Origin: an uncultured delta proteobacterium
GTDB taxonomy: Bacteria; Myxococcota_A; Polyangia; Fen-1088
Length of the DNA stretch: 64,000 bases
NCBI GenBank assembly: GCA_963737265.1
Contig: CAVTRY010000012.1
Span: 320,001-384,000 of the forward strand
Reading direction: 5' to 3'
In this document: in pieces, positions 9,213 to 19,134 of the stretch
How the letters are laid out: every line of letters begins with the position of its first letter
Numbering within the stretch: position 1 is the stretch's first letter
Position numbers and translations under genes: made by a program
Notes under the pieces: generated by a model
What the model saw: only the letters and a program-made list of their open reading frames with translations
Told to the model about the DNA's origin: nothing
Database searches by the model: none

Positions 9213-10622
9213 TTAGAATGCGATCGGCGATTTCACATTCCTGTTCGTGTAGAGCCAGTCCTTGACAAATCCGCCCTCTTCGCGTGGGCCGACCAGTAAT
9301 GACCAGTTATCGCTGAACATCCTCGGCAGCCAGCTATTGCTGGCGCACCAGTCGGTCCAGCTTCCGCCCATGGCCTCTAGCCATTCCAGCATGGGTTTGC
9401 CATAGGTCACCGAAATGTCCGGATCGGGTTCGGTTTCGCTTGCCGCATTGTTGTAGCCCCACTCGGTCATCACCACCGGGTTGACCTTCGCGCACGCCTC
9501 CACCTGTGCCTTGTTCCAGGCACTCGTCCAGTGGTGGTAGTACATGTGAACCGTATAGACAATATTGCCGCCGGTAAGCGGGTTCGTGGCCGCATCGCCC
9601 ATGGTCTGATCCCAGGCGGGGCTACCGGCGAAAATCAGGTTCTTGGGTGCGAAGCCGCGGATCAGATTGACCCAAGCTTGCATGGTGGGTTTGTACGTGG
9701 CCCAGCTGTCCTGGACGCTTGACTCGTTGAATGGCTCATAGATGACGTTCGGATAATCCTTGAACATCGGAGCCACGGTGGTCCAGAAGCTATTGACCGC
9801 CTGGACGTTGTTGTATGGGTTATCGACGTAGTGCAAGTCGATGATCGCGTAGAGGCCCTTCTTTGTCGCGTAGTCCACCGCTGGCTTGAGAAGCGTATTT
9901 ATTTCAGCGTTCGCCCCGTTGCCCGAATCGACAGGCAAGCGCAGCATCACCGGATACCAGCCGGGTGAGGTTCCCCCCGTATCGTTCCTGTTCGTAATCA
10001 GGTCGATAACCCCGTTGATATTGTGCTGGGAGTCTGTCGATTGTTGGCCAAGGCCTTCGATGGAAACTCCCCGCAGGATTACCTGCTGGCCGGTCGCCTC
10101 GACTTGGATCTGGTTCCCCACCACCTTCAGCCACGGCAAACCGCCAGTGCTAACCGTCGCGCCACCCATCGCCGTCGCGCCGCCCGCCGCCGTCGTGCCA
10201 CCATTGCCGGTGGAGCCTCCCGATGCGCCCTCTCGGCCACCGGTCGATCCCGCCGTGCCAGTTGCGCCGCCCGTACCCCCGGACGCGCCGCCCGTGCTCG
10301 TGGCCACGCCGCCCGTGCTCGTGGCCACGCCGCCCGTGCTCGTGGCCACGCCGCCCGTGCTCGTGGCCACGCCGCCTGTGCTCGTGGCCGCGCCGCCTGT
10401 GCCAATCGCGCCGCCGGTGACAGGGGTGCCGCCCTGGCCGGTTTCACCGCGTCCGGTCACTCCGCCTGAGCTTGCCATGCCGCCGCTTCCCAGCGAGCCG
10501 CCTGCGCCGCCGGAGCCAGAGGGGCCACCGCTACTCGATTGGCAGCTGGGCACAAGGAATGCGGATGCGATCAAGGCAGCGCCGGCGAAGAACCTCGATC
10601 GGCATGGGAATGTGCTCGTCAT
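9213..10622 (-). CDS. GH5 (cellulase family) glycoside hydrolase lipoprotein
   Basis: IIDLH, YEPFNE (acid/base), HMY, VMTEWG (nucleophile), WTDW; 21-bp TSTGGVA repeats in the linker. Confidence 0.88.
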   Translation of the reverse strand: MTSTFPCRSRFFAGAALIASAFLVPSCQSSSGGPSGSGGAGGSLGSGGMASSGGVTGRGETGQGGTPVTGGAIGTGGAATSTGGVATSTGGVATSTGGVATSTGGVATSTGGASGGTGGATGTAGSTGGREGASGGSTGNGGTTAAGGATAMGGATVSTGGLPWLKVVGNQIQVEATGQQVILRGVSIEGLGQQSTDSQHNINGVIDLITNRNDTGGTSPGWYPVMLRLPVDSGNGANAEINTLLKPAVDYATKKGLYAIIDLHYVDNPYNNVQAVNSFWTTVAPMFKDYPNVIYEPFNESSVQDSWATYKPTMQAWVNLIRGFAPKNLIFAGSPAWDQTMGDAATNPLTGGNIVYTVHMYYHHWTSAWNKAQVEACAKVNPVVMTEWGYNNAASETEPDPDISVTYGKPMLEWLEAMGGSWTDWCASNSWLPRMFSDNWSLLVGPREEGGFVKDWLYTNRNVKSPIAF

Positions 10623-10911
10623 GACAACCTCAAATTTGGGGAACCAGTCGGGTGAATGGCGGGAACGAACCCGCCAGGTCCGACGAGAGATGTGGACAAG
10701 TGCTCACAAGCTTCAATCGGCCGCGGCGGACGTCGGCAAAGCAGCGGGCCGCGCCACCGGTAAGCCGATAGAAGCTTTGCGGAGGAAGGGCACATATAAA
10801 TTGATACAGCCAGTGTTGCAGCAGTTCCAAGCCAGCGTCACGCCGACCGAGTCTCGCGAAGGCGGCGCGACACGGCGGCTAATGCTCGTGCCATCGCTAT
10901 TGGAGGATTCC

Positions 10912-12015
10912 ATGAAAAACAACGTTGTTCGGGGAGTTTTGTCGGTGATTCTGTCGCTCGCCGCATGCGCCGTTCTAGGGTGCTCGTCGAGCTCCACGCC
11001 CGCCGGTGGTGAAGGTGGCGCGGGAGGGATCGGTTCGGGAGGCGCAACCGGGAGCGGTGGGGCCGTAGGAAGCGGCGGAGCCATCGCGAAAGGCGGCAGT
11101 GTTGCGTCGGGCGGAGCCGCAAGCTCGGGCGGAGCCGCAAGCTCGGGCGGAGCGCAGGGGTCAGGCGGTGTCGCGAGCTCGGGTGGAGCCACGACCCAGG
11201 GCGGTGCCGTTCAAGGCTCTGGCGGCGCCACAGCCTTGGGCGGAGCCGCGAGCGGAGGAGCGCAAGGGTCCGGCGGTGTCGTGCGAGAAGGTGGAACCAC
11301 GGCCCAGGGCGGTGCCGTTCAAGGCTCCGGCGGCGCGACAGGTGGGAACGCATCCGCGACTGGGGGCGCCACCGCGACCGGGGGAACCTCGGCGACCGGT
11401 GGTACGACGACGACCGGCGCGGCTGTGAGCATTTTCGACGGGAGCACCATGGACGGATGGCTTTCGAATCCGGCGAACGCTTTTTCAATTAATACCGCCG
11501 ATGGCGCCATTGCCTCGATGGGGGGCGTCAGGGGAACCTGTTATACGGCGAACAAGTACAGTTTCTACCGCATGATTTTTTCCGTAAGGCAAGTTCAGAG
11601 GAATGGCCATGATCAGGGCGTGATTTTTTTCGGCTCCGACGGCGCAGCAGACGCGCTTAAGGGTGTCATGTTCGCTTTGCCCGACAGTTGGGGTTGGGAC
11701 TATCGGAACGGAAGCGTCGGCGCCGGCAATCACGTAGCGGATCTTCCCAACGTGAATGTAGCTGCGTGGGCGAGGTGCGAGCTGCTCGTGAATGCGAACA
11801 CGGGGCTCGCCAGGGCCGCGTGCGCCCAGCCCGTTACGGCCAAGGCCGTCGAGTTGATCACGTTCCAGGCGAACCCGCCCCCCAAGGCCCCGGGCTATTT
11901 TGGCATGCTATGTCATAACGGCAAGGATTCAAATGGCGGGATACAAGAAGACGAATATAAGGACATCACCATAGAAGTAAATCCCGCGGTAGATGATCTG
12001 ATCACGACAAAGTAG
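10912..12015 (+). CDS. DUF1080-like (3-keto-glycoside hydrolase fold) lipoprotein, copy A
   Basis: GGAGG RBS; VLGC lipobox; SIFDGSTMDGW ... GYFGMLCH ... EYKDITIE. Confidence 0.75.
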   Translation: MKNNVVRGVLSVILSLAACAVLGCSSSSTPAGGEGGAGGIGSGGATGSGGAVGSGGAIAKGGSVASGGAASSGGAASSGGAQGSGGVASSGGATTQGGAVQGSGGATALGGAASGGAQGSGGVVREGGTTAQGGAVQGSGGATGGNASATGGATATGGTSATGGTTTTGAAVSIFDGSTMDGWLSNPANAFSINTADGAIASMGGVRGTCYTANKYSFYRMIFSVRQVQRNGHDQGVIFFGSDGAADALKGVMFALPDSWGWDYRNGSVGAGNHVADLPNVNVAAWARCELLVNANTGLARAACAQPVTAKAVELITFQANPPPKAPGYFGMLCHNGKDSNGGIQEDEYKDITIEVNPAVDDLITTK

Positions 12016-12181
12016 ATGGTCGCGGGGTCGGGGTCCTGCCAGCAGGATCCCGACCTAAAATCCCAAGCAGGCGCCAGCGGCCAGTCCTCCGCCCCAGCCC
12101 GCAAGTCCCGTGGCGGCACCCCGAACGATCGAGCGTGACAAGTTTTGACGCGGGTACTATCGTTCGCAAGTGAGGAAGACG

Positions 12182-12958
12182 ATGCAGAAGACCCTTGGTT
12201 GGCTGGTGTGCTGTTTGCTCGCGGGTCGTGTCGCGCAGGCCCAGGAAGCGGGCCAAGATCCACGCGTTGGCGAGGCAAAGACAGCCTGTGGAGCGGGTGA
12301 CGTTCAAAACGGTGTCCGCCTCTTGGCTGAGCTTTACACCGCCTCTGGCGACCCCATCTGGATTTTCGACCAGGGCCGCTGCTTTCAAGAAAACGACCAG
12401 CTCACGCTTGCCTTGACTCGTTTCAAGGAATTTCTGCGTAAAAGCGAGGGCACGCCCAACGAAGACATTCGGGACGCCCAGAGCTATATCGCTGAAATCG
12501 AGGCTGAGCTACAACGATCGCAGTCGGCGTCGAGAAACGCGGCCCCACCGCCCGCGGAGCCGGCAGCCACGGCTTCTACCGCCGGGGCCAAGCCAGGACG
12601 CGGACTGCGCTATGGCGGCATCGGAGCCATCATCGTTGGGGGCGCCGCCGTGGCAACCGGAGTCGTCTTCAGCGTGCTTGTGAAAAAGACCGCGAACGAC
12701 ATCGAGTCCCAGGCCAACCAGACCGGCGGCGCCAATTGGTCAGCGGTGAGCGGAAAATATTCCGATGGTAGCCGCTACCAAACCCTGCAATGGATGTCCT
12801 ACGGCGTCGGGGCGGCGGCGCTGATCGCGGGTGGCGTTCTTTGTTGGGTTGGGTCCGCGTCCGCCAAACCTCAGATGAGCGCAACGTACGTGTTCCCAGT
12901 CTTCATGGCCAGCGGCGGGGGAGCCGGTGGGGGAGCCGGCCTGCACGTGGCATTCTAG
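12182..12958 (+). CDS. TPR-like protein with hydrophobic hairpin and C-terminal beta-hairpin ending in Phe
   Basis: Signal peptide; DPIWIFDQGRCFQE TPR-like helices; two Gly-rich hydrophobic segments; ends GLHVAF. Homologous to 28246..29049. Confidence 0.75.
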   Translation: MQKTLGWLVCCLLAGRVAQAQEAGQDPRVGEAKTACGAGDVQNGVRLLAELYTASGDPIWIFDQGRCFQENDQLTLALTRFKEFLRKSEGTPNEDIRDAQSYIAEIEAELQRSQSASRNAAPPPAEPAATASTAGAKPGRGLRYGGIGAIIVGGAAVATGVVFSVLVKKTANDIESQANQTGGANWSAVSGKYSDGSRYQTLQWMSYGVGAAALIAGGVLCWVGSASAKPQMSATYVFPVFMASGGGAGGGAGLHVAF

Positions 12959-12982
12959 GCATGGTTTCGAGAGAGCCGGACA

Positions 12983-14575
12983 ATGCCCAAGACTCAATAT
13001 CAACTGTTGATGATCGCGGTCGTCTCGCTCGCCGCGTGCAAATTCGCCCCGAACGTCCAGGACCGCAGCATTCATTGCAACGGCATGACGGAATGCCCAT
13101 CTGGGTATTTCTGTGTGACCGCTGGCCAGGTGCCTTCACCCTCGTCGCCCGGCGTGTGCTGCAAGAACAAGAACTGCCTGAGTAGCACACCTCCGGCTCA
13201 GGACGGCGGAGGCGTCGCCGACGGACTGGCGGCCAGTCCTGATGGTCGCGGTGCTGATGGCGGCGCCTCCGGCACGGGTGGCGTGGTCGGCACGGGCGGA
13301 ATCGTCGGCGTGGGTGGCATGATCGGCGCGGGCGGAGCGGTCGACGCAGGCGGAATCGTCGGCGCGGGCAGTGGTGGTGGCGGCGGCAGCGTTGGCGGCG
13401 GCAGCGGTGGCGGCGGCAGCGTTGGCGGCGGCAGCGGTGGCGGCGCCAGCGGTGGCGGCACCGGTGGTGGCGGCGGCAGCGGAAATGTGGGTGCCGGGGG
13501 AGGCTCCGCTGGAAGCGGTGCCGGCGGTACCAGCGGCCGCCTCGATGCCGCAATCGATGCTCCGGTGCCGCCCCCCGACGTGCCGGTGCTCTTGCCCGCC
13601 GGAGCGACCTGCAAGGTGAATAGCGACTGCGCCCTTAACCACTGCGTCGAAGGTGTTTGTTGCGACGGTGCATGCGGGCAAACTTGCCGTTCGTGCCTGG
13701 GCAGCAAGACGGGAGGCCAGGACGGAACCTGCGCCAACATGACACCCGGATCGGCGTGTACTGGGGGCGTTTGCAATAGCACCACCGGCACGACTCCGGC
13801 CTGCGTGGCCTGCGCGCAGGGCAACTCCTGTCCTCCCGCCAACGTGTGCAAGACTGGAAAGCTCGACTGCTCGACTGGCACACCGGTCTGCAAGGAGGAC
13901 CAGAACTTGGACGCGACCCATGCCTGCGGACCGGCTGCTTCGTGTAGCACGACGACGAACAAAGCAACCCGCGCCCAGATGTGCGATGGCGTGGGGAATT
14001 GTCCAGCGGCCGTCGTCGACGCCTGTGCCTACGGTTGCAACGGAACTGTGTGTGCCACCGCGAAATCGCAGGGCTCCCTGTGCGGATCGACGGCCGAATG
14101 CGCAAACGAATTGTCCTGCGCGGACAGCTATTGCTGCAACAGTGCTTGCACCGGATCTTGTCAGGCTTGTAATGTCGCGGGCTCCCTTGGCACGTGTACC
14201 ACGCTGATCTCCGGCGACACGCCTCATTCAGGCCGCGTGGCCTGCGCCGGCTCGGGTCTTTGCCAAGGAACCTGCAATGGATCGAGTACATTGTGCAGCT
14301 ATCCGGGTGCGGAGACCACCTGTGTCCAGGCAAGCTGCACCGGCCAAACGGCGACGATGGCTGCTTCATGCGCCGGAAATGGCGCCTGCGCGACGGCCAC
14401 GACCAAACCATGCAATGGGTACGGATGCAACGGCACCGTCTGCGGTACTGGGACGAGCCAGGGCGGGGCGTGTTCGCCAACCGGCACCCCGTGCGCTTCC
14501 GGCCTCTACTGCACCGATGGTCTGTGTAGCACGGCTATGAGCATTTTCGACGCAGGTTCAACGGATGGGCCATGA
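12983..14575 (+). CDS. Cys-rich repeat lipoprotein, 3'-truncated by fusion to a DUF1080 remnant
   Basis: LAAC lipobox; Gly linker; CVEGVCCDGAC-type repeats. The third repeat breaks at about 14530, where the sequence switches to SIFD. Confidence 0.78.
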   Translation: MPKTQYQLLMIAVVSLAACKFAPNVQDRSIHCNGMTECPSGYFCVTAGQVPSPSSPGVCCKNKNCLSSTPPAQDGGGVADGLAASPDGRGADGGASGTGGVVGTGGIVGVGGMIGAGGAVDAGGIVGAGSGGGGGSVGGGSGGGGSVGGGSGGGASGGGTGGGGGSGNVGAGGGSAGSGAGGTSGRLDAAIDAPVPPPDVPVLLPAGATCKVNSDCALNHCVEGVCCDGACGQTCRSCLGSKTGGQDGTCANMTPGSACTGGVCNSTTGTTPACVACAQGNSCPPANVCKTGKLDCSTGTPVCKEDQNLDATHACGPAASCSTTTNKATRAQMCDGVGNCPAAVVDACAYGCNGTVCATAKSQGSLCGSTAECANELSCADSYCCNSACTGSCQACNVAGSLGTCTTLISGDTPHSGRVACAGSGLCQGTCNGSSTLCSYPGAETTCVQASCTGQTATMAASCAGNGACATATTKPCNGYGCNGTVCGTGTSQGGACSPTGTPCASGLYCTDGLCSTAMSIFDAGSTDGP

Positions 14576-14963
14576 TCCGGGCGTGCTTTTTTTCGGCACC
14601 GACGCCACAAAAGACGCGCTTGGTGGTGTCATGTTCGCGTTGCCTGACAATTGGGGTTGGGACTATCAGAACGGAACGAGCGAAGTCACCGGCACTGCTG
14701 TAGGTTCGGTGCCCAATCTGGATCTAACTCAGTGGGCGAGGTGCGAACTGCTCGTGAATTCGAACACTGGACTCGCCAGGGCCGCGTGCGCCCAGCCCGT
14801 TACCGCCAAGGCCGTCGAGTTGATCACGTTCCAGCAGGCCCCGACTCCCAATGTCCCGAGCTATTTTGGCATCCTATGTCATACCGCGGGAGAAGTAGAC
14901 GAATACAAGGACATCACCATTGAAGTGAATCCCACGGTGAATGATCTCATCACGACGAAGTAA
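14532..14963 (+). pseudogene. Internally deleted 3' remnant of a third DUF1080-like paralog
   Basis: CGGCTATGAGCATTTTCGACG joins directly to CAGGTTCA...; the remainder aligns with copies A and B through to DLITTK-stop. Confidence 0.85.
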
Positions 14964-15236
14964 AAGGATGCTGCCGCTGCAAAGCCGCCGGAACGACCCG
15001 CGAGTTTCATGATGCGCGTTTGGTCGCGGTCTTACTTCGCCGCGGGATCGCCACAGAGGCAGGGCCGGGGCCGGCGGGTCGGGGAACGGTACGTCGATAG
15101 AAGGTTTCCGAGCCAAGGGCACATGTAATCGTTTGTCGGTGGCGTTTGAGCCATCCCAAGGTGTCACGCCGACTGAGCCTCACGGAGACGGGGTCACATG
15201 CCGCAACGTTCGTGCCATCGCGATTGGAGGAATTCC

Positions 15237-16280
15237 ATGAAAAGTATCGTTGTTCGGAAAGGTTTGTCGGTAATTCTGTCGCTCGCCGCATGCACCGTTC
15301 TAGGGTGCTCGTCGAACTCCACGCCCGCGGGTGGTGAAGGTGGTGCGGGAGCGACCGGTTCGGGAGGAAAGGTTGGCTCGGGCGGCGCACCTGGGAACGG
15401 TGGGGCCGTAGGAGGCGGCGGAGCCACCGCGAAAGGAGGCAGCGTTGCGTCGGGCGGAGCCGCGAGCTCGGGTGGCGCGCCGGGGTCGGGCGGTGTCGCG
15501 ACGTCGGGTGGTGCCACGACCCAGGGCGGTGCCGTTCAAAGCTCCGGCGGAGCCGCAGGCAGTACCGCGGTGGCTTCGGGTGGCGCCGCAGGCGGCGCAC
15601 AAACGACCGGTGGAAACACATCTGCGACTGGGGGCGCTGCGACCGGTGGAACCTCCGCGACCGGTGGGACCTCGGCGAACGGTGGCACGACGGGCGCGGT
15701 AAGCATTTTTGACGGGAATACCCTGGCCGGATGGGTTTCGAATCCGGCGAGCGCCTTTACCGTTAATGTCGCCGATGGCGCCATCGCCTCGACAGGGGGC
15801 CTCAGGGGGGTTTGTTATATAGCGAACAAACTCAGCTTCTATCGCCTCATTTACTCTCTCAGGCAGGTTCATCCGGCGGGCGATAACCATTCTCCTGGCG
15901 TGCTTTTCTTCGGCACCGACGCCACAAAAGACGCGCTTTGGGGTGTCCAATTCGCGTTGCCTGAGAGTTGGGGTTGGGACTATCGGAACGGAACGAGCAA
16001 AGGCACCGGCACTGCTGTAGGTCAGGTAGCCAATCTAAATCTAAAAGATTGGACGAAGTGCGAACTGCTCGTGAATTCGAACACGGGACTCGCCCGGGCC
16101 GCGTGCGCCCAGCCCGTTACGGCCAAGGCCGTCGAGGTGCTCACGTTCCAGCAGCCCGCGACTCCCAATGTCGCGTACTATTTTGGCATTCAATGTCATA
16201 CCGGGGGCCAATTGGACGAATACAAGGACATCACCCTAGAAGTAAATCCCGCGGTGAATGATCTGATTACAACGAAGTAA
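15237..16280 (+). CDS. DUF1080-like lipoprotein, copy B
   Basis: Paralog of 10912..12015, including about 120 bp of similar upstream sequence; SIFDGNTLAGW...GIQCH...EYKDITLE. Confidence 0.78.
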   Translation: MKSIVVRKGLSVILSLAACTVLGCSSNSTPAGGEGGAGATGSGGKVGSGGAPGNGGAVGGGGATAKGGSVASGGAASSGGAPGSGGVATSGGATTQGGAVQSSGGAAGSTAVASGGAAGGAQTTGGNTSATGGAATGGTSATGGTSANGGTTGAVSIFDGNTLAGWVSNPASAFTVNVADGAIASTGGLRGVCYIANKLSFYRLIYSLRQVHPAGDNHSPGVLFFGTDATKDALWGVQFALPESWGWDYRNGTSKGTGTAVGQVANLNLKDWTKCELLVNSNTGLARAACAQPVTAKAVEVLTFQQPATPNVAYYFGIQCHTGGQLDEYKDITLEVNPAVNDLITTK

Positions 16281-16385
16281 ACAGATGGCTGATCCCCATC
16301 ATCCACGCTCATCAAATGTAAGCGGTGTCCCAAATCCCGTCCGTCTTTTTCGCGCAACTTTCCGCGGCCTTCCGAGAACATAGAC

Positions 16386-16529
16386 ATGACCCTCCCTCGC
16401 CAGGTCGTGCCCGGCCGTGACTACATGATTACCCGCCGCTGTTCCGAGCAGCGCTTCTTCCTGCGTCCCGATTGAAGACACCAACAACGCCTCCATCTAC
16501 TGCCTGGCCTTGGTCGCCAGGCGGGCTAT
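16386..16529 (+). pseudogene. 5' remnant of an IS200-like/REP-associated tyrosine transposase
   Basis: MTLPRQVVPGRDYMITRRCSEQRFFLRPD, then a frameshift into EDTNNASIYCLAL; truncated. Confidence 0.6.
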
Positions 16530-16660
16530 CTACTTACCCCGATAAACGTCTTTCCGATCTCCGATCCGAACCTCGTGAATGAGAATCTCTTTGTCCAAGA
16601 TGTCGACGATGATCCTGTAGTCGCCAGCCCCTCGCGGCCCGGCAGACCTTAGAGGTTCTG
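16530..16660 (-). pseudogene. RelE/ParE toxin C-terminal remnant
   Basis: GDYRIIVDILDKEILIHEVRIGDRKDVYRGK-stop, with no start or N-terminus. Confidence 0.75.
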
Positions 16661-16661
16661 C

Positions 16662-17069
16662 CTAGCGTACGCCACGCATCGCGATCTGGATTGGACGGCT
16701 GACGGCGGTCAGGATGATGGCGCCGGGATCGAGGTCGCGCAGGCGGGGCAGCGTAACCGGCTGCCATGCGACGGACGGATCGAAGAGAAAATTGATGCGG
16801 TACTTTTTCTCGGCAGCGATCCGGGTGCGGCGCAAGATCCAGCTGAGAAGCTCCTTTATTCCCGACGAGTTGAGGAACGACAGACCGGTCACGTCGACCT
16901 TGACCTCGGCCAGGCCTTCGCCGAGCGCCATGTTATGAACGAGCTCGAGGAACCCAGCCATCAGGTCGCGCGGACTCATCTGATCGATCTCGCCGACAAT
17001 CGACACCGTTTCCCCGTCTACCCGCAGGCTGACTTTTCCGCCTGCTACCTGCACTAGTGAAATCTGCAT
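16662..17069 (-). CDS. STAS-like anti-anti-sigma domain protein
   Basis: GEID...VDVTGLSFLNSSGI motif with the phosphorylatable Ser; GGAG RBS. Confidence 0.7.
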   Translation of the reverse strand: MQISLVQVAGGKVSLRVDGETVSIVGEIDQMSPRDLMAGFLELVHNMALGEGLAEVKVDVTGLSFLNSSGIKELLSWILRRTRIAAEKKYRINFLFDPSVAWQPVTLPRLRDLDPGAIILTAVSRPIQIAMRGVR

Positions 17070-17352
17070 GGCCACACTCCAAACGTAAGAACTTTCGACG
17101 GGTTCTTACCAACCTCCACGCTGAGCTCCGTCGGGCGAAGCCCGCCGACATTCACGCGTTCTGCGAATCGCTTGCACGAGATGATCCTCGGCAAGACCCG
17201 CGCGGCTCTGTAGCGGGCATCGGGAGCCCGCCTCGACAAATTGAGGACGCTGCGACAGCGATGTCGCGAAAACGTCGCATTGGCGGTCAGAGTCGGCAGT
17301 GTTTGCGCGGCACTGGCCACGGCATGTAAATTGCTGCGTGGAGATGCTTGCC

Positions 17353-19134
17353 ATGAACAAGATCCACTTTGGTTTGGGTGTCATCGCGATGGCCGGGCTT
17401 GTCGCATGCAGTTCGGCTTCCGAGAATTCCGCTGGCTCCTTGCCCAAAGGCACGAGCGGGTCGCGGGGGGCGGGCGGAGCTAACGGCAGCATCGGGATTG
17501 GCGCCGTCGGCGGCGCCAACGCGGCTGCTCCGGTCGTCGTCGGGCCGGAAAACGAACAAACCCTCGACTTGCTAGCTCCGCGCGCCGGAGCCCGCTACGT
17601 GTACGTCGCCAATCCCACCCGCGACACCGTGAGCATCATCGATTCCACGGATCTGGCTATCACCGAGGTCACCACCGGCGACACGCCGACCTACCTTGCC
17701 ACCGTACCCGGTCAGGACGTGGCCTTGGTCATCAACGTCGGCGCCCACACCCTCAGCGTCCTGCGCGGCACCACCATGGACGCTCAGCTCCTGCCCGTCG
17801 TGCCCAAGGCGAACGCCATCGCCATCGCGCCCGACGGCCTGCACGCGGTGGTGTGGTACGACCCTTCCCAGACCAGCGCCACCACCACGCAGTCCACCCC
17901 CACGCCATTGACGGGAAGCACTCAGGATGTCTCGGTCATCACGCTGTCCAGCGCGGGTGACGCTTCCATTGCCATGACCGTCGGCTACCAGCCGAGCGCA
18001 GTGGTTTTCTCCAGCGACGGAGCCGCCGCCTTCGTGGTCACGAGCGACGGCATCTCACAGCTTCGCTTCGCCAGCATTACGAAGCCGGCCATCGCTCCGC
18101 TGACCCCCATCATCAAGCCCGTCGTCACGGTGGTTTCCGAGGACGCCGGCCTGGCGGATGCCGCGGGCCTGGATGGTTCCGGCTCCTCGGTGGACGGCGG
18201 CACGTCGTTGGATCTTGGCCAGGATGCCGTTCCAACGACAGCAGCGGCGGGGACCGGCACGCCGATCGATGTTTCGGTGACTCCGGACGGGCACTATGCC
18301 ATTGCTCGGCGCGCTGGTAGCGCCGAGCTGCTGCTCGTCGACCTGACCGCCCCAGCCAACGCCGTCACGTCGATCGTTCTGTCCAGCCCGGTCACCGATC
18401 TCGACATGAACCCGGCCGGAACGCAGGCCTTCGCGGTACTGCGCGACGAGAGCAAGCTCCTCGTGCTCGATATTCCGGCCGGCTTCACCGATAGCTCCCA
18501 CCGGACGACTTGGCTGCTGTCCGGCCAAACCGTCGGTTCGGTCACCGTCAGCGCCCAAGGCAAGTACGCTGTCCTCTACACCACGGCGCTGCCCATCACG
18601 CGCCTGGTGATTCTGAATTTGCAGCCCGGCGTCGCTACCGCTGCGCGGGTCATCGCCGTCGACGTCAAGAAAGCGATTCGCGCGGTTGCGGTCGCGCCCG
18701 ACGAGCAAACCGTCCTTGTCCTGCACACCAAGGCTTCGGGCAGCCCAACGGCCGCCGGCATCGATCCGGGCACGCAGCTCGACCGGTCCTACGGCTACTC
18801 TGTGGTCCGCCTGAGCGACGGCGTCGCCAAGCTTCAAATCACCAGTGCCGATCCCAACCCGTTCGCCATCACGCCGAAGTCGGAATTCGCCTTCGTGCTG
18901 TTGCGCGACGACAGCGCGGACGTGCGCATCGCGGAGAGCATCGACCTCACCAGTTTCCAAACCGCCGATTTCGTTCTTGGCAGTCCACCCAACTCGATCG
19001 CGGCGCTGTCATCCGACACTGAGGTGTTCGTCGGACAGGTTCACCCCGAAGGCCGTATCAGCTTCATCAATTGGCAGACCGGCCAGGTTAGCTCCGTCAC
19101 CGGCTTCGCTCTCAACGGAAGGATCCAACAATGA
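17353..19134 (+). CDS. YncE-like beta-propeller lipoprotein
   Basis: LVAC lipobox; YVYVANPTRDTVSIID; repeated xxPDG blade motifs. Confidence 0.8.
   Translation: MNKIHFGLGVIAMAGLVACSSASENSAGSLPKGTSGSRGAGGANGSIGIGAVGGANAAAPVVVGPENEQTLDLLAPRAGARYVYVANPTRDTVSIIDSTDLAITEVTTGDTPTYLATVPGQDVALVINVGAHTLSVLRGTTMDAQLLPVVPKANAIAIAPDGLHAVVWYDPSQTSATTTQSTPTPLTGSTQDVSVITLSSAGDASIAMTVGYQPSAVVFSSDGAAAFVVTSDGISQLRFASITKPAIAPLTPIIKPVVTVVSEDAGLADAAGLDGSGSSVDGGTSLDLGQDAVPTTAAAGTGTPIDVSVTPDGHYAIARRAGSAELLLVDLTAPANAVTSIVLSSPVTDLDMNPAGTQAFAVLRDESKLLVLDIPAGFTDSSHRTTWLLSGQTVGSVTVSAQGKYAVLYTTALPITRLVILNLQPGVATAARVIAVDVKKAIRAVAVAPDEQTVLVLHTKASGSPTAAGIDPGTQLDRSYGYSVVRLSDGVAKLQITSADPNPFAITPKSEFAFVLLRDDSADVRIAESIDLTSFQTADFVLGSPPNSIAALSSDTEVFVGQVHPEGRISFINWQTGQVSSVTGFALNGRIQQ

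Noticed and set aside
9886-10911. 709-aa ORF 9886..12015
   Set aside because: The N-terminal part is the antisense shadow of the GH5 gene; the real start is ATG 10912, with RBS and lipobox.
14532-16280. Possible DGR template/variable repeat pair
   Set aside because: Mismatches are not adenine-specific and there is no reverse transcriptase in the window.
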